64,000 nt of DNA from Lama guanicoe (taxonomy: Eukaryota). The DNA lies in the NCBI GenBank assembly GCA_013239625.1, contig MU057352.1:32452904-32516903 (forward strand). The letters are read 5' to 3'. Numbering within the stretch: the first letter of the stretch is position 1; each line of letters starts with the position of its first letter. The notes under the pieces were generated by a model. It was not told the origin of the DNA. It saw only the letters and a program-made list of their open reading frames with translations, and made no database searches. A program made the position numbers and the translations under genes. Positions 1-13,000 of the stretch are shown here, piece after piece.

Positions 1-931
1 TCAGGGAAGTGAGAATGTGAGCTGGGAGCCCCTTCGCCAGCAGGAAAGGGGAGACCAGGGTCTGCAGGGCCGCAGAGGAGGTGGATGGCGGGGACACCTG
101 AGGACAGCTCCTTTTCGTTGTAGGTGGCAAGTCAAGCAGCAGATTTGCCTTAAGCCCTAGAAGCTCCTCCTGGGGGGCAGGTGCCCGGTGGGGGGGGGGG
201 TTCAGGGAAGACCCCTGTAGGGTGGTGGCCCTGAGTTTAGGTCTCTGAAGGGCTGCCCGGTGAAGAGAAGAGTGTGGCCCTGGGCAGCGCCAGGACACGG
301 GGTGTCCCAAGATGGCACCAGGTCGGATTCAGGTTGGGAGACAGCTCCCTGTGTGGGAGGCATCCGAGTAACAGGGCTGCGGAGAAGGGAGCGCAGGGGC
401 AGCCTGGGCCTGGGCGGCCCTGGACTGAGGGTCACCTGAGGTCCCTTCTGTGGTCTGAGCAGGGCATGTTCGCCAGCAGTGTGGTGGGCCAGCCTGCTCG
501 TGCACTTGGGTGTTCTAGTCGGCCCCACTCTGGGCAGGGACAGGCCCGTTCTGACCCCAACCTGACCTCTGACCTCTGGACTCTGTCCCGGAGTCCCAGC
601 TTCACAAACTGCTGCCAACCACAGCGGGCATGGTGAGGGGCCTCTGGGCTGTTCAGTGCCGCCCACCCCGGGGACCCTTCACTTGGGAGGCTGGAGCTTC
701 ATTGCCCAGCCTGTGGTGGACAGGCAGGCAGTGGGGACCATGTGGCTCGGAGAACCCCACCCAACAGCTGGGGCTCTAGAAGGAGATAGCGGGGTAGACG
801 AGAGTTTGGACAGAGCCGGCAGAGGACCCGCCCAGCCCAGCCCCCGAGTGGCTTTGTCTCCTCCTCGAAGCCCCACCTCCTGGCCCCTTGGGCCGGCGCC
901 CTGCCCACACCCACCCCTCCCTGCCCCGCAG

Positions 932-1017
932 GTGAACATGGTCATCGGGATCCTGGTGTTCAACAAGCTCGTGTCCAAAGACGGCATCACGGACAAGAAG
1001 TTGAAGGAGCGGGCAGG
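932..1017 (+). CDS. ADGRB1: ADGRB1 exon, TM5 end/ICL3 ([29 protein letters not shown])
   Basis: ccccgcag|GTG...GCAGG|gtagg; 86 nt; phase 0 to 2. Confidence 0.96.
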
Positions 1018-4000
1018 GTAGGACCGGGACAGCCGCGGCTCTCCCTACCTTGAGTTGGAAAGACCCGAGCCCGCCACCCCTGAGCCCCTGCCCCGCCAAG
1101 CAGGTGGGGAGACTGAGGCACAGAGGGTTGTGGGGCCAGCTCCAGCCTGGCCCTGTGTCTCAGTTTCTCTGTCTGGCCCATAACAGAGCAGGGACCCCGT
1201 AAGTTCTCAGAAATGATGAAACTGATTGCTTTCAGAGACCCTGCCCCACTGGACCCACCTGAGTGGTGGGAGGGTGCCCCTGGCCTCGCCCTTCCCCTCC
1301 ATGGGGTTGGGTGACCTCAAGCCAAGATGTGGCCTGCCTGTCCTGGTGATGCCTTCAGCTTCAGGACAGTGCAGGGGCTAGGGCCCGATGTTGCTCCTGC
1401 CTGGGGAATCTGAGCTCAGAGAGGGCAGGGTATGGCCAGAGGGCACACAGCCTGCAGGTGGGTGGTCCCGAGTGGCCGCGATGCCCGGCCCCAATGGAGG
1501 GTGTGCGTGGGAGAGCGCTGCTTCTCCCGCTGTCAGGGGCCTGGGGCTCCCAGGGCGCGGGAGCCCTGAGATCTCAGACGAGGGCCGCCTGTGGGCCGGG
1601 ACAGGCCCCCTCTCTCCTGCCCCAGCACTCTGAGCCCTCCTCACCCGCCTCTGCCTGCCATTCTGCTCTGTCTGTCTGTCTTCCCTGGCTGGTGTCTGCT
1701 GGGCCCCCCCCCCTGCTCTGCCTCCCCCCGCCCCAGTCCTGCTCTGTCTCTGTCTCTCTTTCTCTCTGTGTCCCTCCCCCTCCCCCTCTTCCTGCTCTTG
1801 CTTCTCACCATGAACGAAAGCTCCAGGAAACCTTCCCCTTGGATCCCTGGTGGGTTCTGTCCTGGCTAGAAACTTGCTTTGGGGGAGGCATGTGACCCTG
1901 GAGAGCCCACAGTGGCTGGCAGCCTGGCTTGGCCATCTGTGGGCCTGGGTCCCCTGCGCCCTGGGCCTGTTCTCTGAGTCTGTGAAGTGGGGATTGGCAG
2001 GCCTCGCCCCAGCCAGTGCCAGAACACACTGTCACCCACACTGTCCCAGAGTAGTGTGTCACACACCAAGGAGTGCACGTGTGGTCGAGGCAGCAGGGAG
2101 GCGCGGTGCACCCACCTGGCTGTCCCTGTCTTGTCTGCTTCCTGTGGTGACCCCTGAGGCAGGGTCTGAGGCAGGGGCGTGGCTGGCAGAGCAGGGCCGG
2201 GGCTGGGCAGGTGCGGGCGAGAGCCCAGCAGGGCGGGGCGGCCGCCTGCTTCGAGGGGCCCACCCCTGAGCGCAGCAGTGCCACCACTGAGAAGCATACC
2301 CCGGACTCAGCCGTGTGACTGCACACGCCTTGCGCGCGCGCGCGCACACACACGCAGTGGCGGGAGGCCCCAGCCCAGGTAGCTGGCATATGCCCCCACT
2401 GCCCGTCGGGCGAAGCCCTCACTCCGTGGCTGGGGCAGTGCGTGGTGAGACCAGACGTGGGGGAACCAGAGGGAAGAGACAGTGGCCTCATCCATGTGTC
2501 TTGCTGCTTCGTGTGAATGTGGGCAGATAGCACGGCCCTCAGCTGAGCGTGGAAGCACTCGGGGACCGGCCCTGCCCTCCCCTCAGGCCAGCCGCATCCA
2601 GCCCGGAGACCCGCCCCGGCTCTACCCCCAGGCCCTGGGTGCGGCAGGTGGAAAGGGGCCTGAGGACCCTGAGCGCCACCAGCAGCCCCTCAGGACCCGG
2701 GCCTCCCATCAGCGCCCCCACCCCTGGAGCCTGACCCCACCTGCCCTCCCCCTCGACCTCGCACCCCGCCCGGGGAGGCTCGGGCTGGACCCTCCGGTTG
2801 GTTTTGCTGTTACCCGTCCTCCCCACCCTCCCCACACCGGTTTCTGCCAGAACAATTTTGCTTTTGTTTCAGTCTTTTGATTTCGCTTGCAGTCAGCTGC
2901 CCCCGGCCCGCCTCGGGCGCGCCCTCACACGTGCCGAGCGTGCAGTCGTCTCTGCGGCCGACGCCACCTCCGAAGCCGCCAGTAACGCCATGTTAGTGCC
3001 TCTCCCCACCCGCCCGCCCACCCGCCCGCCGGGCTCTGCTCTCCTGAGTTACATTTTGTTTGTTTTAAGCTTTTTCTTTCATTTCTGTCACCTTCGCCAT
3101 CCACTCTGGGGTCCTAGACAGCCCCTGCCCGGCCTCCCCAAGCTCTGGCCACCTCGCTTCCTGTCCTGCCCCCTCCCCGGCCAGGCTCCCCACCCGTGCT
3201 CCAGGCCTCGGGCTGTGGGCGTGTGTGGCTGCAAGAACACGGTCAGCTGGTGGCCGTGGTCAGTGGTTGTGCTGGGGTCACAACGCTCTGAGTGTGCAAG
3301 TGTGTGCGTGTGTCAGGACCATGAGTATGAGCGCAGGAGGCTGGGGAGTGTGTGCTGCTCATGACTGGACGTGAGTGTGAGAGAGGCAGGCCATGTGCTC
3401 AGGGCAGTGGCTCATTTGCTGACCCTGGGCTGCCACCAGGGGTCTGGGAGCAGGGCAGGGACAGCGCAGCTGGGGCCCAGGATGGGTGCTAAATCCCGAG
3501 GGACCTCGGCTCAGCTGACCTGAGTGTCCGTTGTCTTGTCCCGAGACACATGGGTCCCCCTCCTGTGTTTATGTCCCGATCTGGGCCCCAGGCCAGGACT
3601 TCAGAGGCCCCATGTAGAGGGTCCTCCTGGCCGTGGGGAGCGCGTGGGCAGAGGCGGACTTGCTTCCTGGGCAGGAATTTGTCCAGTGAAGCCAGAAACC
3701 TCTGGGGAGAGGGTGAGCTGCTCCTTCAGTGCAGGGTCCGCGGGCCAGACGCCCCCGGGTCTCAGCTCAGCCCTTTCTTTGTTTCACAGGCAGGCTCTGT
3801 TGGGTGCACGCATGGCCTCACCTTGATGGGGGGTGCCAAGCCGAGAGCCTTGCGGGAACGTTACCTGTGAGGTCACACAGAAAGTTAGTCAGTGGCCCTG
3901 CCCCCGTCCCCATCCACACTCAAAGCCCCTCCCCCAGGGGGGATCTGCTTTTCCAAAGGGGGCGGTTGGGGCAGCTGCCTCTGGCCTGTACCCCCCGCCC

Positions 4001-7000
4001 CCTAGCCTCCTCTCCTTCGGACAGTCATGCCTGGACCTGCACGGAGGTCCTTCCACGGGGCCCTCTGCAGAAATGTTTCAGAAGCTGCAGAGGCTGGGCT
4101 GCAGGAATTCGAGTAATTTAAGCGTCCCCAAGCCCCGGCCTTCTGCCAGCCGGCTGCAGCATCAGGCTGTAAATGCCAGGCCTCAGGCCCGAGGGAGAAT
4201 GACTCACGGCAGGATGAGAAGTTTCGGTGGGGAGGCTCTGCCCCCTCCTGCTCAGAACATGGGTTGGCGGGGTCTGTGTCTGGGGATCCGGCTAGAGAAG
4301 GGCTGCTTCAGACAGGAGAGACTACAGGGCCCCACCCATCACAGCGGGGAGACTGAGCCCCAGGCTGGGAGGGGACCACCATCGTGGGAGTGTGAAGTTC
4401 TTGCGTGCCCCCCTCTTCCAGGCCCTTTGCCAGGCACAGGCATTACTGCTGCTGAGGGAAGGCAGCCTGCAGGGGCAGGCGCCCAGCCCCGGGGGCCTCT
4501 GCCTCGCCCGCTTGCCCGCAGTGCCAAGGGGCAGTGGGGCAAGGCCAGGGGGGCCCTGGGTGTGGAGGCGACGGGGTGGGGGGTGGTCCGTGAGCCCTTG
4601 TTCTGGACCCTTTGCTAAGCCCAGGGGAAGAGGGGTGGGCGCTTCAGGGCGACTCTTGGCTCTGGCCTGAGCCGCCAGGAAGGGGACCTGGGAGCCGTCC
4701 CCTGGCTTGGGCAAGGTCTTGGGTGGGAGCAGAATTAGAGGCTCCATCCTGGAGGAGACACAGGCTGGGGCTGGGATGGGGGACCTGGGTCCTAGTGAGG
4801 TCCTAGAGACAGGCTGAGGAGGAGATGGAGGAGGCAGGTGTGGCCGCTGTGCCAGGCCACAGAGAGCTGTCTAAGAGATGAGGACAGAGCTGTCTCTGCG
4901 GGGCTGGGCCCCTTACAGGTCGTCCACCGCGTGGGTGAAGTGGCTTCAGTGGGTGAGCCAGGCTGAAGGGAGTGGAGGAGCAAAGTGGGGTGAGCTCTGG
5001 CCCCCTGGCCAAGGCCCCGCTGTCTCCCACCGGCCCTGGTGCCCTGCCCCACCTGCTCCCGCCTCTCCTTTCGACTCGGGTGACCAGTCAGGGAGGAGGG
5101 GAGCAGGGTACTAGCGGCGTGGGGCAGGAAGCCCAGCAGCCTCCGGGGCCCTGCAGGCAGTCCCCGGCCCAGGGGCGGAGCTCGCCCTGGCTGCGGTCCT
5201 CGGGCCACAGTGGCCCTAAAAGTGGTGGTAGTGTGTGGGGGTGGTCAGTCACATTTCCCAACACCTATCTCACTCCAGGCATCCTGCTGGCACTTTTTCT
5301 GCTGCCACAACAGCCTCTTGCTGTGGCATAGTGTCCCCACTGGGGATGGGGCGACAGGCTCACAGTGACCATACATATAGCCTGTGGTGGTGCAGGGAGG
5401 GGCTGGGCTGCAGGGGGTGATGCCTGCCTCAGGGGTGCTCCTGGAGGACTCCCTGGAGGAGGGGGCGAGGGCTGCAGGCCGGAGGTAGCTCGTCCCCTGG
5501 GGAGAGCAGAGCAGGGCCCACCAGGAGGAAGAAGCACCTATCGTCTGTTCCTGTCTGTCTGTCTGTCTCCTCCCCTCACAGACCTCCTTACCTCTCCTGA
5601 AGAGTTCTCTGGTTCCCCACCTCCCTCTTTCTCTCTTTCTCTCTGTCCAGAGCTCAGAGGCCTGGTCAAACGCCCTCCCTGTGGCCATCTTGCAGTTCGA
5701 GCCCTGGACCCCTGGCTGGGGGCCTGAGGGACCTGGGAGGAGGGGCCTCCTCCCCAGCAGCCGTCCCTCTCCCTCCAGTGCGCCCCCCCTCCCCGGGGCC
5801 TCCTGGACAGCCAGGAACCTGCGTCTTCCAGAGACGTCCCGCCCTGACTGCTGCCCGGCCCCTCGGGACCGCCCTCCTGAGTCCCCGTTGCCCTGGAAGC
5901 CCCTGGGCTGGGGGTGTTGCTGGCCGAGCTCCGCGCCCCAGGAGAGGAGGCAGCAGGGCCGGGCAGGAGAGGTCTCTCAGAGGATGCGGCCCAGGGTCGG
6001 CGGGCCCAGACTCCCCAGGTGGGATGGACAGGCGGCCAGGCCCCAGCCCCGGGGAGGGAGACGGGCTGAGGCCAGGCCCCGGCCCGGGCAGCAGGGCCTG
6101 GGACTGCGCTGACGACGCCGCCCGCCGCGCTGTCCGCAGGGCCTCTCTGTGGAGCTCCTGCGTGGTGCTGCCGCTGCTGGCGCTCACCTGGATGTCGGCC
6201 GTGCTCGCTGTCACCGACCGCCGCTCCGCCCTCTTCCAGATCCTCTTCGCCGTCTTCGACTCACTGGAGGGCTTCGTCATCGTGATGGTGCACTGCATCC
6301 TGCGGAGAGAGGTGGGCCCCGGGTGGGCAGCTGGGCGGGCGCCGACCCTCACCGGGGCCCTCCGTCAGGGCCGGGGCCTGCAGTGTGCTCGGGCCGCGGG
6401 CGCTCAGCCTGCTCCAGGCGCCGAGACACCGCCTCCCCACGTGCCCTTGGTGGGCAGGTTCTGGGATGAGGCCAGGAAGTGGGGAAGGGTGGCCTCTTTG
6501 CCCTGGACGCCTCTATGAGTCTGGACTTGTGTCCAGCACACAGCAAGGGCTGTTGAGAACAGTCAGCTCTTCCCAGATGCATCCTGGTGCCCCATGCTGG
6601 CTCGGACCCGGGTCGAGGTGGGCCCGTGCCTCCAGGGCCCACGGGAAGGAGAGTCACTGGAGGTAGTAATGTGGCTGCATGGCAGCCGAGACTCCCGTTG
6701 TGGCACTTTCTGGACTTCTCCAAAGGTACAAGAGCAGGGTTTTTGCCAGATTGTCCCAACTGCCCCCTGGCTGGTAGCAGTGGTACAGGGGATGCGCTCC
6801 TGGCTTAGGGGGTGGAAATGGGAAAAACGTGCATCTGGACATAGGGGGACAGGCGCCCACTTTGAGGTTGTGTGGGGAGTGGCGAAGGGACCTGAGGGGC
6901 ACGAGGCTGCAGCCTCCTTTGGCACCGGGACATCCCTGGGGCTGAAGGGGCAGAGTGGGTAGGCAGGTGTGGCGTCACCTCCACTCCCCCGGTACCTGCT

Positions 7001-10000
7001 GGAAAGAGGGCAGAGAGGATTTTAAAGCAGAGCAGTTCAAAAGGATGGAATGGGAGAGGAGGCAGCAGCAACAGAACCTGGGCGTTTGGAGGCAGAAGGA
7101 CGTGTGGGCATGAACTGGGCCCACCAGGAAGCTTCTGGAAGTGGGGTCAGTGGGGCCCTGGACACCGGGGGCGGGTTCTGCAGTGGACCATCTGTCACCT
7201 GTCTGCTTTGGCAGTGCTGCCCACCCACCCTCCGCCACCTGGAGCACCCCCATCCAGGGGGCTGCACAGCTGAAGATGGGTGTGCCCCACTGGGAACAGC
7301 TGAGGCCCCCCAGCTTATACCTGGGGGAGATGTGAACACCCCTCTCCAGGGGCTCCAACCACAGGAAGGAGGAGGGTGAAGACTTAACGTTTCTGGTGTG
7401 GAAACAGCCCCCCACGGCCTGCAAACCAGAGCAGTCCAGTCGGTCCCGAGCGACCGCTCAAGCCCTAAGGACCTGGGGACAGTTTCCGCCAGAAGAGCCA
7501 CAGGTCCACCAGCAGTGAAGCCACAGTGACAGCCCAGGAAGAGGCAGCTTTGCAGACCCCACATCGACACCCCGGAAGGAAAGCTGCGCTCCCTGGGCCC
7601 CCAGCGTACTTGCGTTAGAGATTCTCACGACAGCCCCACAGAGTAGCTGCTGCTTGCTCCCTGCTCCAGGCCAGCACAGAGCCAGACACCAAGGGGGTGT
7701 GACCCAGGCTCCTGGCCCTGGGCTGCCTGGCTTTTGTGAAGCGAGCATCGACTAGGACAAAGGAATGTCCTGAGAACAAAACAGAGAGGCTGTAGACACC
7801 AGAGGGGAAGCTGCAGGGCTCGGTGGGCGGGAAAACAGAGGCTGTGTCCCTGAAGGGCCAGAAGGCGGACCCTGGAAAACAATTAGCAAGTGGGCTCTGA
7901 CGGACCCCTTACTGAGAACAGGAGGCGCAGGGTGCGGGCAGGGATGGCAGGAAGGTCTGGGACACCACTCCACCGGAGCCAGGCGCCCTGAGGGCCCGCT
8001 CTTTCGGGAAACTAGAATGTGGGGTTAGACCCAGATCCCACGCACGTCCTTGGTGGCCAGGCCAGGCAGTCTCCGTCTGCCTCCCTCCATGAGCCCCGGG
8101 GTCCCACATGTGGGGTCCGGGCTGCAGGGGCCCTGCCACCGGGGGCAGGTCACGGCCGGGGGTGCTGTGCATGTGGAAGACGGGCCGGGGGGGCAGAGGC
8201 CAGGCCTTGGGCATGGACCACTCCAGCGGGTGGACGAGCAGGGTCTTCCTCTGTGCCGGTGTGGAGAGCGGAGTGGGTGAGGCTGGCCCCAACGGCCGTC
8301 CTGAAGAAGGGAACCCAAGGCCTCTGGGAGTCCCAGCTCCTGTGCCGATGGAGAATGTACTTTCGTGTCTGCCATCTCCTGGACCGTGGCCTGCCTCTGA
8401 TGGGCACGCAGTAGGGCTTAGCAAATGTTTGCCGCCCGGGTCAGCAAGCGCAAGGGTGGAGGGAAGGTGCACCTGCAGGGGGAGGCCCAGGGGGCTGCCT
8501 GGTGTCAGTGGCTCTGAGGCCAGCAAGACCCTGACCTGCCTCTGCCCGGCCGTGTGGCCGTGGTGCACTGGACTTGGGCAGCCCCTCACAGCAGCACAGG
8601 CTCTGTGGCCAGGGTGGGTGGGGATGGGTCCATGCCCTCCTCCCAGCTCTCCCCGCCTCTGCTCGGGACACCTCCAGGAAGCCCTCTGTGCTTGTGCAGC
8701 CTGCACCACCGTTAACTTCCTTTGCTCGTCCTGGCCTGGAGGTGTCTGTTCCACGAGAGCGGCACTCCGCTCACTGCTGCCCCCAGTGCCCAGCGCGTGG
8801 AGGTGCCAGCCAGGCTCCTCGCTCGCACTGACCAGCAGCGCCTCTGGACCAGTGGGTCCCCCCATCCTCCAGCACCTCCTCCTGTCTCCCGGAGCCATCC
8901 TCACCGTCCCTCCGCCGGGTCCGAGGCCATGGTGGTCCAGTTCCCCTCAGCCGAACACGCTGCTCTCAGTAATGTGACACGGCACCCCGTCCCCCACCCA
9001 GGGGCCTCCCGGACACTCGGGCAGGGCCTCTTTGAAGGGAGTGAGGGCCTGACCCCAGCTTGCTCTGGAAATTCGAGGACATGGAGGTTGTGGCTCAGGA
9101 CAAGTCTGGGCACCAAGTGACCCTTCTTAGCCTGACAGTGGGTTCTTACCGACAGATTCTAGCCAGGAGGGCCTGCAGCCTGTTCTCAGGGGCCCAGAGC
9201 GCCATGTTTTTACGTTTTCACCCCTAAAAGGCCATAGAGAGAATCTCGGGGTTCAGAGGGCCGGCTGCTGGCGAGGCCCCCTCCCCCAGGTCGCTGTCCC
9301 TTCTCCACCCCGCAGACAAGCCTGTGCCCTTGGGAGCAGGGCCCCACCTGCTGCAGGCCCCTCCCCACCGCTCGGGGCCTGTGTGGGTCCGGGCGGGGCG
9401 TCCCTCACTGGGAGGCTGCTCTCGGCCTCGCCTTTCTGGCGGCACGACCGAGGGTGCTGGCTGGCCGCTGACTGCCTGTGCTCTCCCTCCCCAGGTCCAG
9501 GACGCTGTGAAGTGCCGCGTGGTGGATCGCCAGGAGGAGGGCAACGGGGACTCGGGGGGCTCCTTCCAGAACGGCCACGCCCAGCTCATGGTAGGGCTCG
9601 GGGCTGGGGCACAGGCTGCCCGCACTTGGCGCCCACACTGGTCGTCTCCACTAGGCCCCAGCAGCCCACTCGGAGGACCTCTGAGCCCCCTTTGAGGTTG
9701 GGAAAACTGAGGCCCGCTGAGGTGAAATCCTCACTCCAGGGTTTGGGGATGGGCAGGGTCAAACTGACCAGAAGTCTGGGTAGGGCTAGTGTCCCCCCCA
9801 AGCCCACCTTCTAGTACCAGCAGTGCCCTTTGGCCAGACCCCATTCCCTGGCTGTCTGATCCTCATCCTTGCACCTTCCGCACCTCTCTTTGCCCTCGAG
9901 CTCAGCCAGGAACGGAACTTGGCTCACTCGCCCTCCCCCTGGGACCAACCCCCCACCCCACCTTGGCCTTGTCCTCAGCCAGCTCCTCTCAGGATCTGAC

Positions 10001-13000
10001 TGCCTGGTCCTCTGGCATTATGCACACCATTCAGCCCCAAACACTGCACACCTCTGTCTGCTCCTGCTGCCACCTTGCAAGTGGCACCTCCTCCAAGGAG
10101 CCCTCCCTGACCCCCATCAGGCTGCCTTGCCTGTTCGAGCCCTGGTAGTGTCCTTGGTGAATTCTCCCTGCTGTCACTTGGTGCCTGCTGCCCGCTGGGT
10201 GCCCCTGGCAGGCAGGAGGTGCTCATTCAGTCTTTGGTGAGCCTGGCCACTTCACGGTGGTTGTGAGGGTCACAGACAGGGCCTCAGCAGAAGCAGGGGT
10301 GAGGCAGGGGCCCACAGTGGGAGGAAGCCACTCCTTGACACTTCTTCTGGCCTGATCTCTGACTCCTAGGGGAAGACTGTGTAGACTTCTTGCCAAGCTG
10401 ATCTCTGCATTTGCCGGGAAGGAACTTCCAGGCTTGATTAAGGGCCTGGCCATCCCCTGGGGCCCCATAGTCCCTGGGGAAGGCCACAGCCCACCCTCGG
10501 GTGGCCTGAGCCGGGTTCTCCAACAGGCTGAGCTACCCGAGGACAGGGCCAAAGCCACCCTCCCGCCTCCCCCAGCTCCTAGCCTGGGACGGGGCGGGTG
10601 CTGCGGCAGACCACGGCCACTGCTCCAGGGGCAGCTGGTCCTGCCCTGGCACCAGACATCTGCCTCCCAACCCCGCTCTGCTCTCCTGGGCCAGCTGGCC
10701 TCCATTTCCTGGTCCCCTGGGCTGTGGTGAGGACTAAAGAGGTGACATGGGGCAGGCCCCCACTCCGGCACATCAGCGGTGGCGGCCTGGGCAGCGGGGG
10801 GCTCAGGTGTGAGGCCCTCCGTGTGTCCTCTCCTGTTGGAGGGACGGAGCAGGGGGGTTCTGGTACTGGGGGCCCAGGAGGCCGGGGTGGGGGGAACTGA
10901 GTCCAGAGGGACCAAGAGCGTGAGTGAGCTGTGGCTGATCTGCAGACGCCTTGGAGGAAGAAGGTACCCACGTGTGCATACGCACACCAACACACACGCG
11001 AGCACGCACACGGGAGCAGCTCCAGCACAGCCCCTTCCTCCGGCGCTCAGGCAGCAGCCTGGCCCCGCCCACCCGCCCTTGGGCCCTCACTCTGCCCCTC
11101 CTCTCTCTGCAGACTGACTTTGAGAAGGACGTGGATCTGGCCTGTAGATCAGGTGAGCGCCTGACAGGTGAGAGCGACAGGTGGCCCTCGCCTGGGCCCA
11201 CTTCCTTTTCTTTTTTCCGTGCATCTGCCCGCTCATTCGTCTGTCCTCATCCCACCCGCACACCATGAGGCTTGACCACAGGCCCTGGCCTGCGCTGGCC
11301 ACCTCCATGCCTCCCATCCCCCACCCACTCCCTCAAGGCTGCCGGCAGGGTCTGCGGGGCATAAGCAGAAGCCTCCAGAAACCTGTCCTTGGGCTCAGTA
11401 CCCAGCAGGTGCTGGTGGAGCTTTTAGCACTGGAGGGAACCGTGCAGGCCTCCGCTGCCCCGGCCCTGGCCCACTTCTCTCCCTCAGCTCACGCCCAGTC
11501 CTCTGCATCCATGCATCTTTCTGATCTCTGCCCTCCATCCTTCTTGTAGGGGCCATGAGGCTGGGCCAGCTCAGGGAGACCCACTTCCGCCACCCTGCCT
11601 GCCCTCCCTCAAGGGCCCACGTTGTGTGTTGCCTTCATTTTTTCACTATTGGTCCAGCCGTGGAGTAGGGCCTGGTCGGGCTTTCAGACTTGGGGGACAT
11701 TAGTGGGAGCAGGAGGAAAATGGTGAAAAGAACCAACTGTTGAGCCCTGGGTTAGCAGTGAGCTTCCTGGAAGCAAGTGCAAAAAGGGAATCAATTGCCC
11801 AGTAAAAGGAAGCTGTTCAAATGTCGTTGCTGAGAGCCAGGTGTTTGGGGCCAGTGGTAAGCAGTGGCTCTCTGGGCTGTGGAGGACCAACTAGTCTTGC
11901 TCCCTCTGGTCTGTAGATATTTGAGGAGCATCTTCTCTAGAGATAGCCATGCAGAGGGAATGGGAGAGCCCCAAGTCAGGAGTGTCAGCTGCTGCTGGGT
12001 AGACCCCAGGAGGGCTTCCTGAAGGGGGCAACCTCTGGGTTGGGCTAGACTGGAGGTGAACAGAGCAACCTTCCTGCCCTGTCTTAGCCTCATGTGCTCT
12101 AGCCAACCACTGGAGAGATGATTCCAAGACTTCAGGGCTTTTGGGCACTTGAGCTTAGCCCTATTTGTGTGGTGCTGGCCTCTCTGAGCCCGAAGTTCCT
12201 TCCTCAAAAAAAAAAAGGAAAAAAAAAAAGCAGAGGTTCTGTGTGAACACATCAGCTCATGGACTGATGTGTTAAAAAAAAAAGTTTTTATTATTCATTA
12301 GTAGTGCAGCCTGATCTGTGGCCTCCAGAGCAGTGGAGTGGCTGATGCCTGGGGGTGGGACCAGAGACAGAGTCCCAGGCGCTGAGTGTAGGGAGGGCAG
12401 GGACCAGCCCAGGGTAGGTGGGAGCCCTGGCGAATGCAGGGGGGCCTGCTGCTGGATCTGTGCAAGGGAGGCCCACAGTTCTGTCCACGGGACTCGATAC
12501 TGGCTCTGAGGTGGACAGCCAGGGGGAGGGACCTGCAAGGGAGGGGGGCTTTTCCTGACCACGGGGGCGGGCAGGTTTGGCCGGAAAGATGGCAGGTCTG
12601 TTGGGCCGCGTGGGGCAGGGGCAGGGCAGGACTGCAGACTTGGGTGTTGGTGTTGGCATCCAGAGTAGGGAAGAGAAGGGGTGCCGACCTGAGACTGTCA
12701 GGAGGGCAGAGGAGGACCGGGGTTGGGTGAGTGATGATCGGCCCGGGCAGCTGGGGGCTGGGCAAGGGTGTGGCATGGGAGCCTGATCACCTGGCCAGCG
12801 CCTGCGTGGGGAGGGCCCTGTGGTCAGATCTTGTTTCCAGAGGATGGGCTCCAAGTGGGCTGTGGGCAGCTGGGCCTGCAGCTTCGGGCTCTCTGTGGGC
12901 CTAAAGAGGCTAAGCGGACAGGCAGGAGCAAGGCAGGCAGTGGGCAAGCGGGAGCCCAGCGAGAGGCTGTGTCCTGGCACCTCCAGGCAGCACAGGCCAC

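Noticed and set aside
1630-1850. Long CT-rich tract followed by AGs and a gtgggt donor (possible microexon)
   Set aside because: The candidate exon lengths (23 or 29 nt) do not preserve the frame and the peptide has no paralogue similarity. It is more likely simple low-complexity DNA or a PTB-binding tract.
7909-8977. Overlapping 331-aa (-) and 289-aa (+) ORFs in an ADGRB1 intron
   Set aside because: Pro/Gly/Ala/Arg-rich translations are expected from very GC-rich DNA; no homology recognised.
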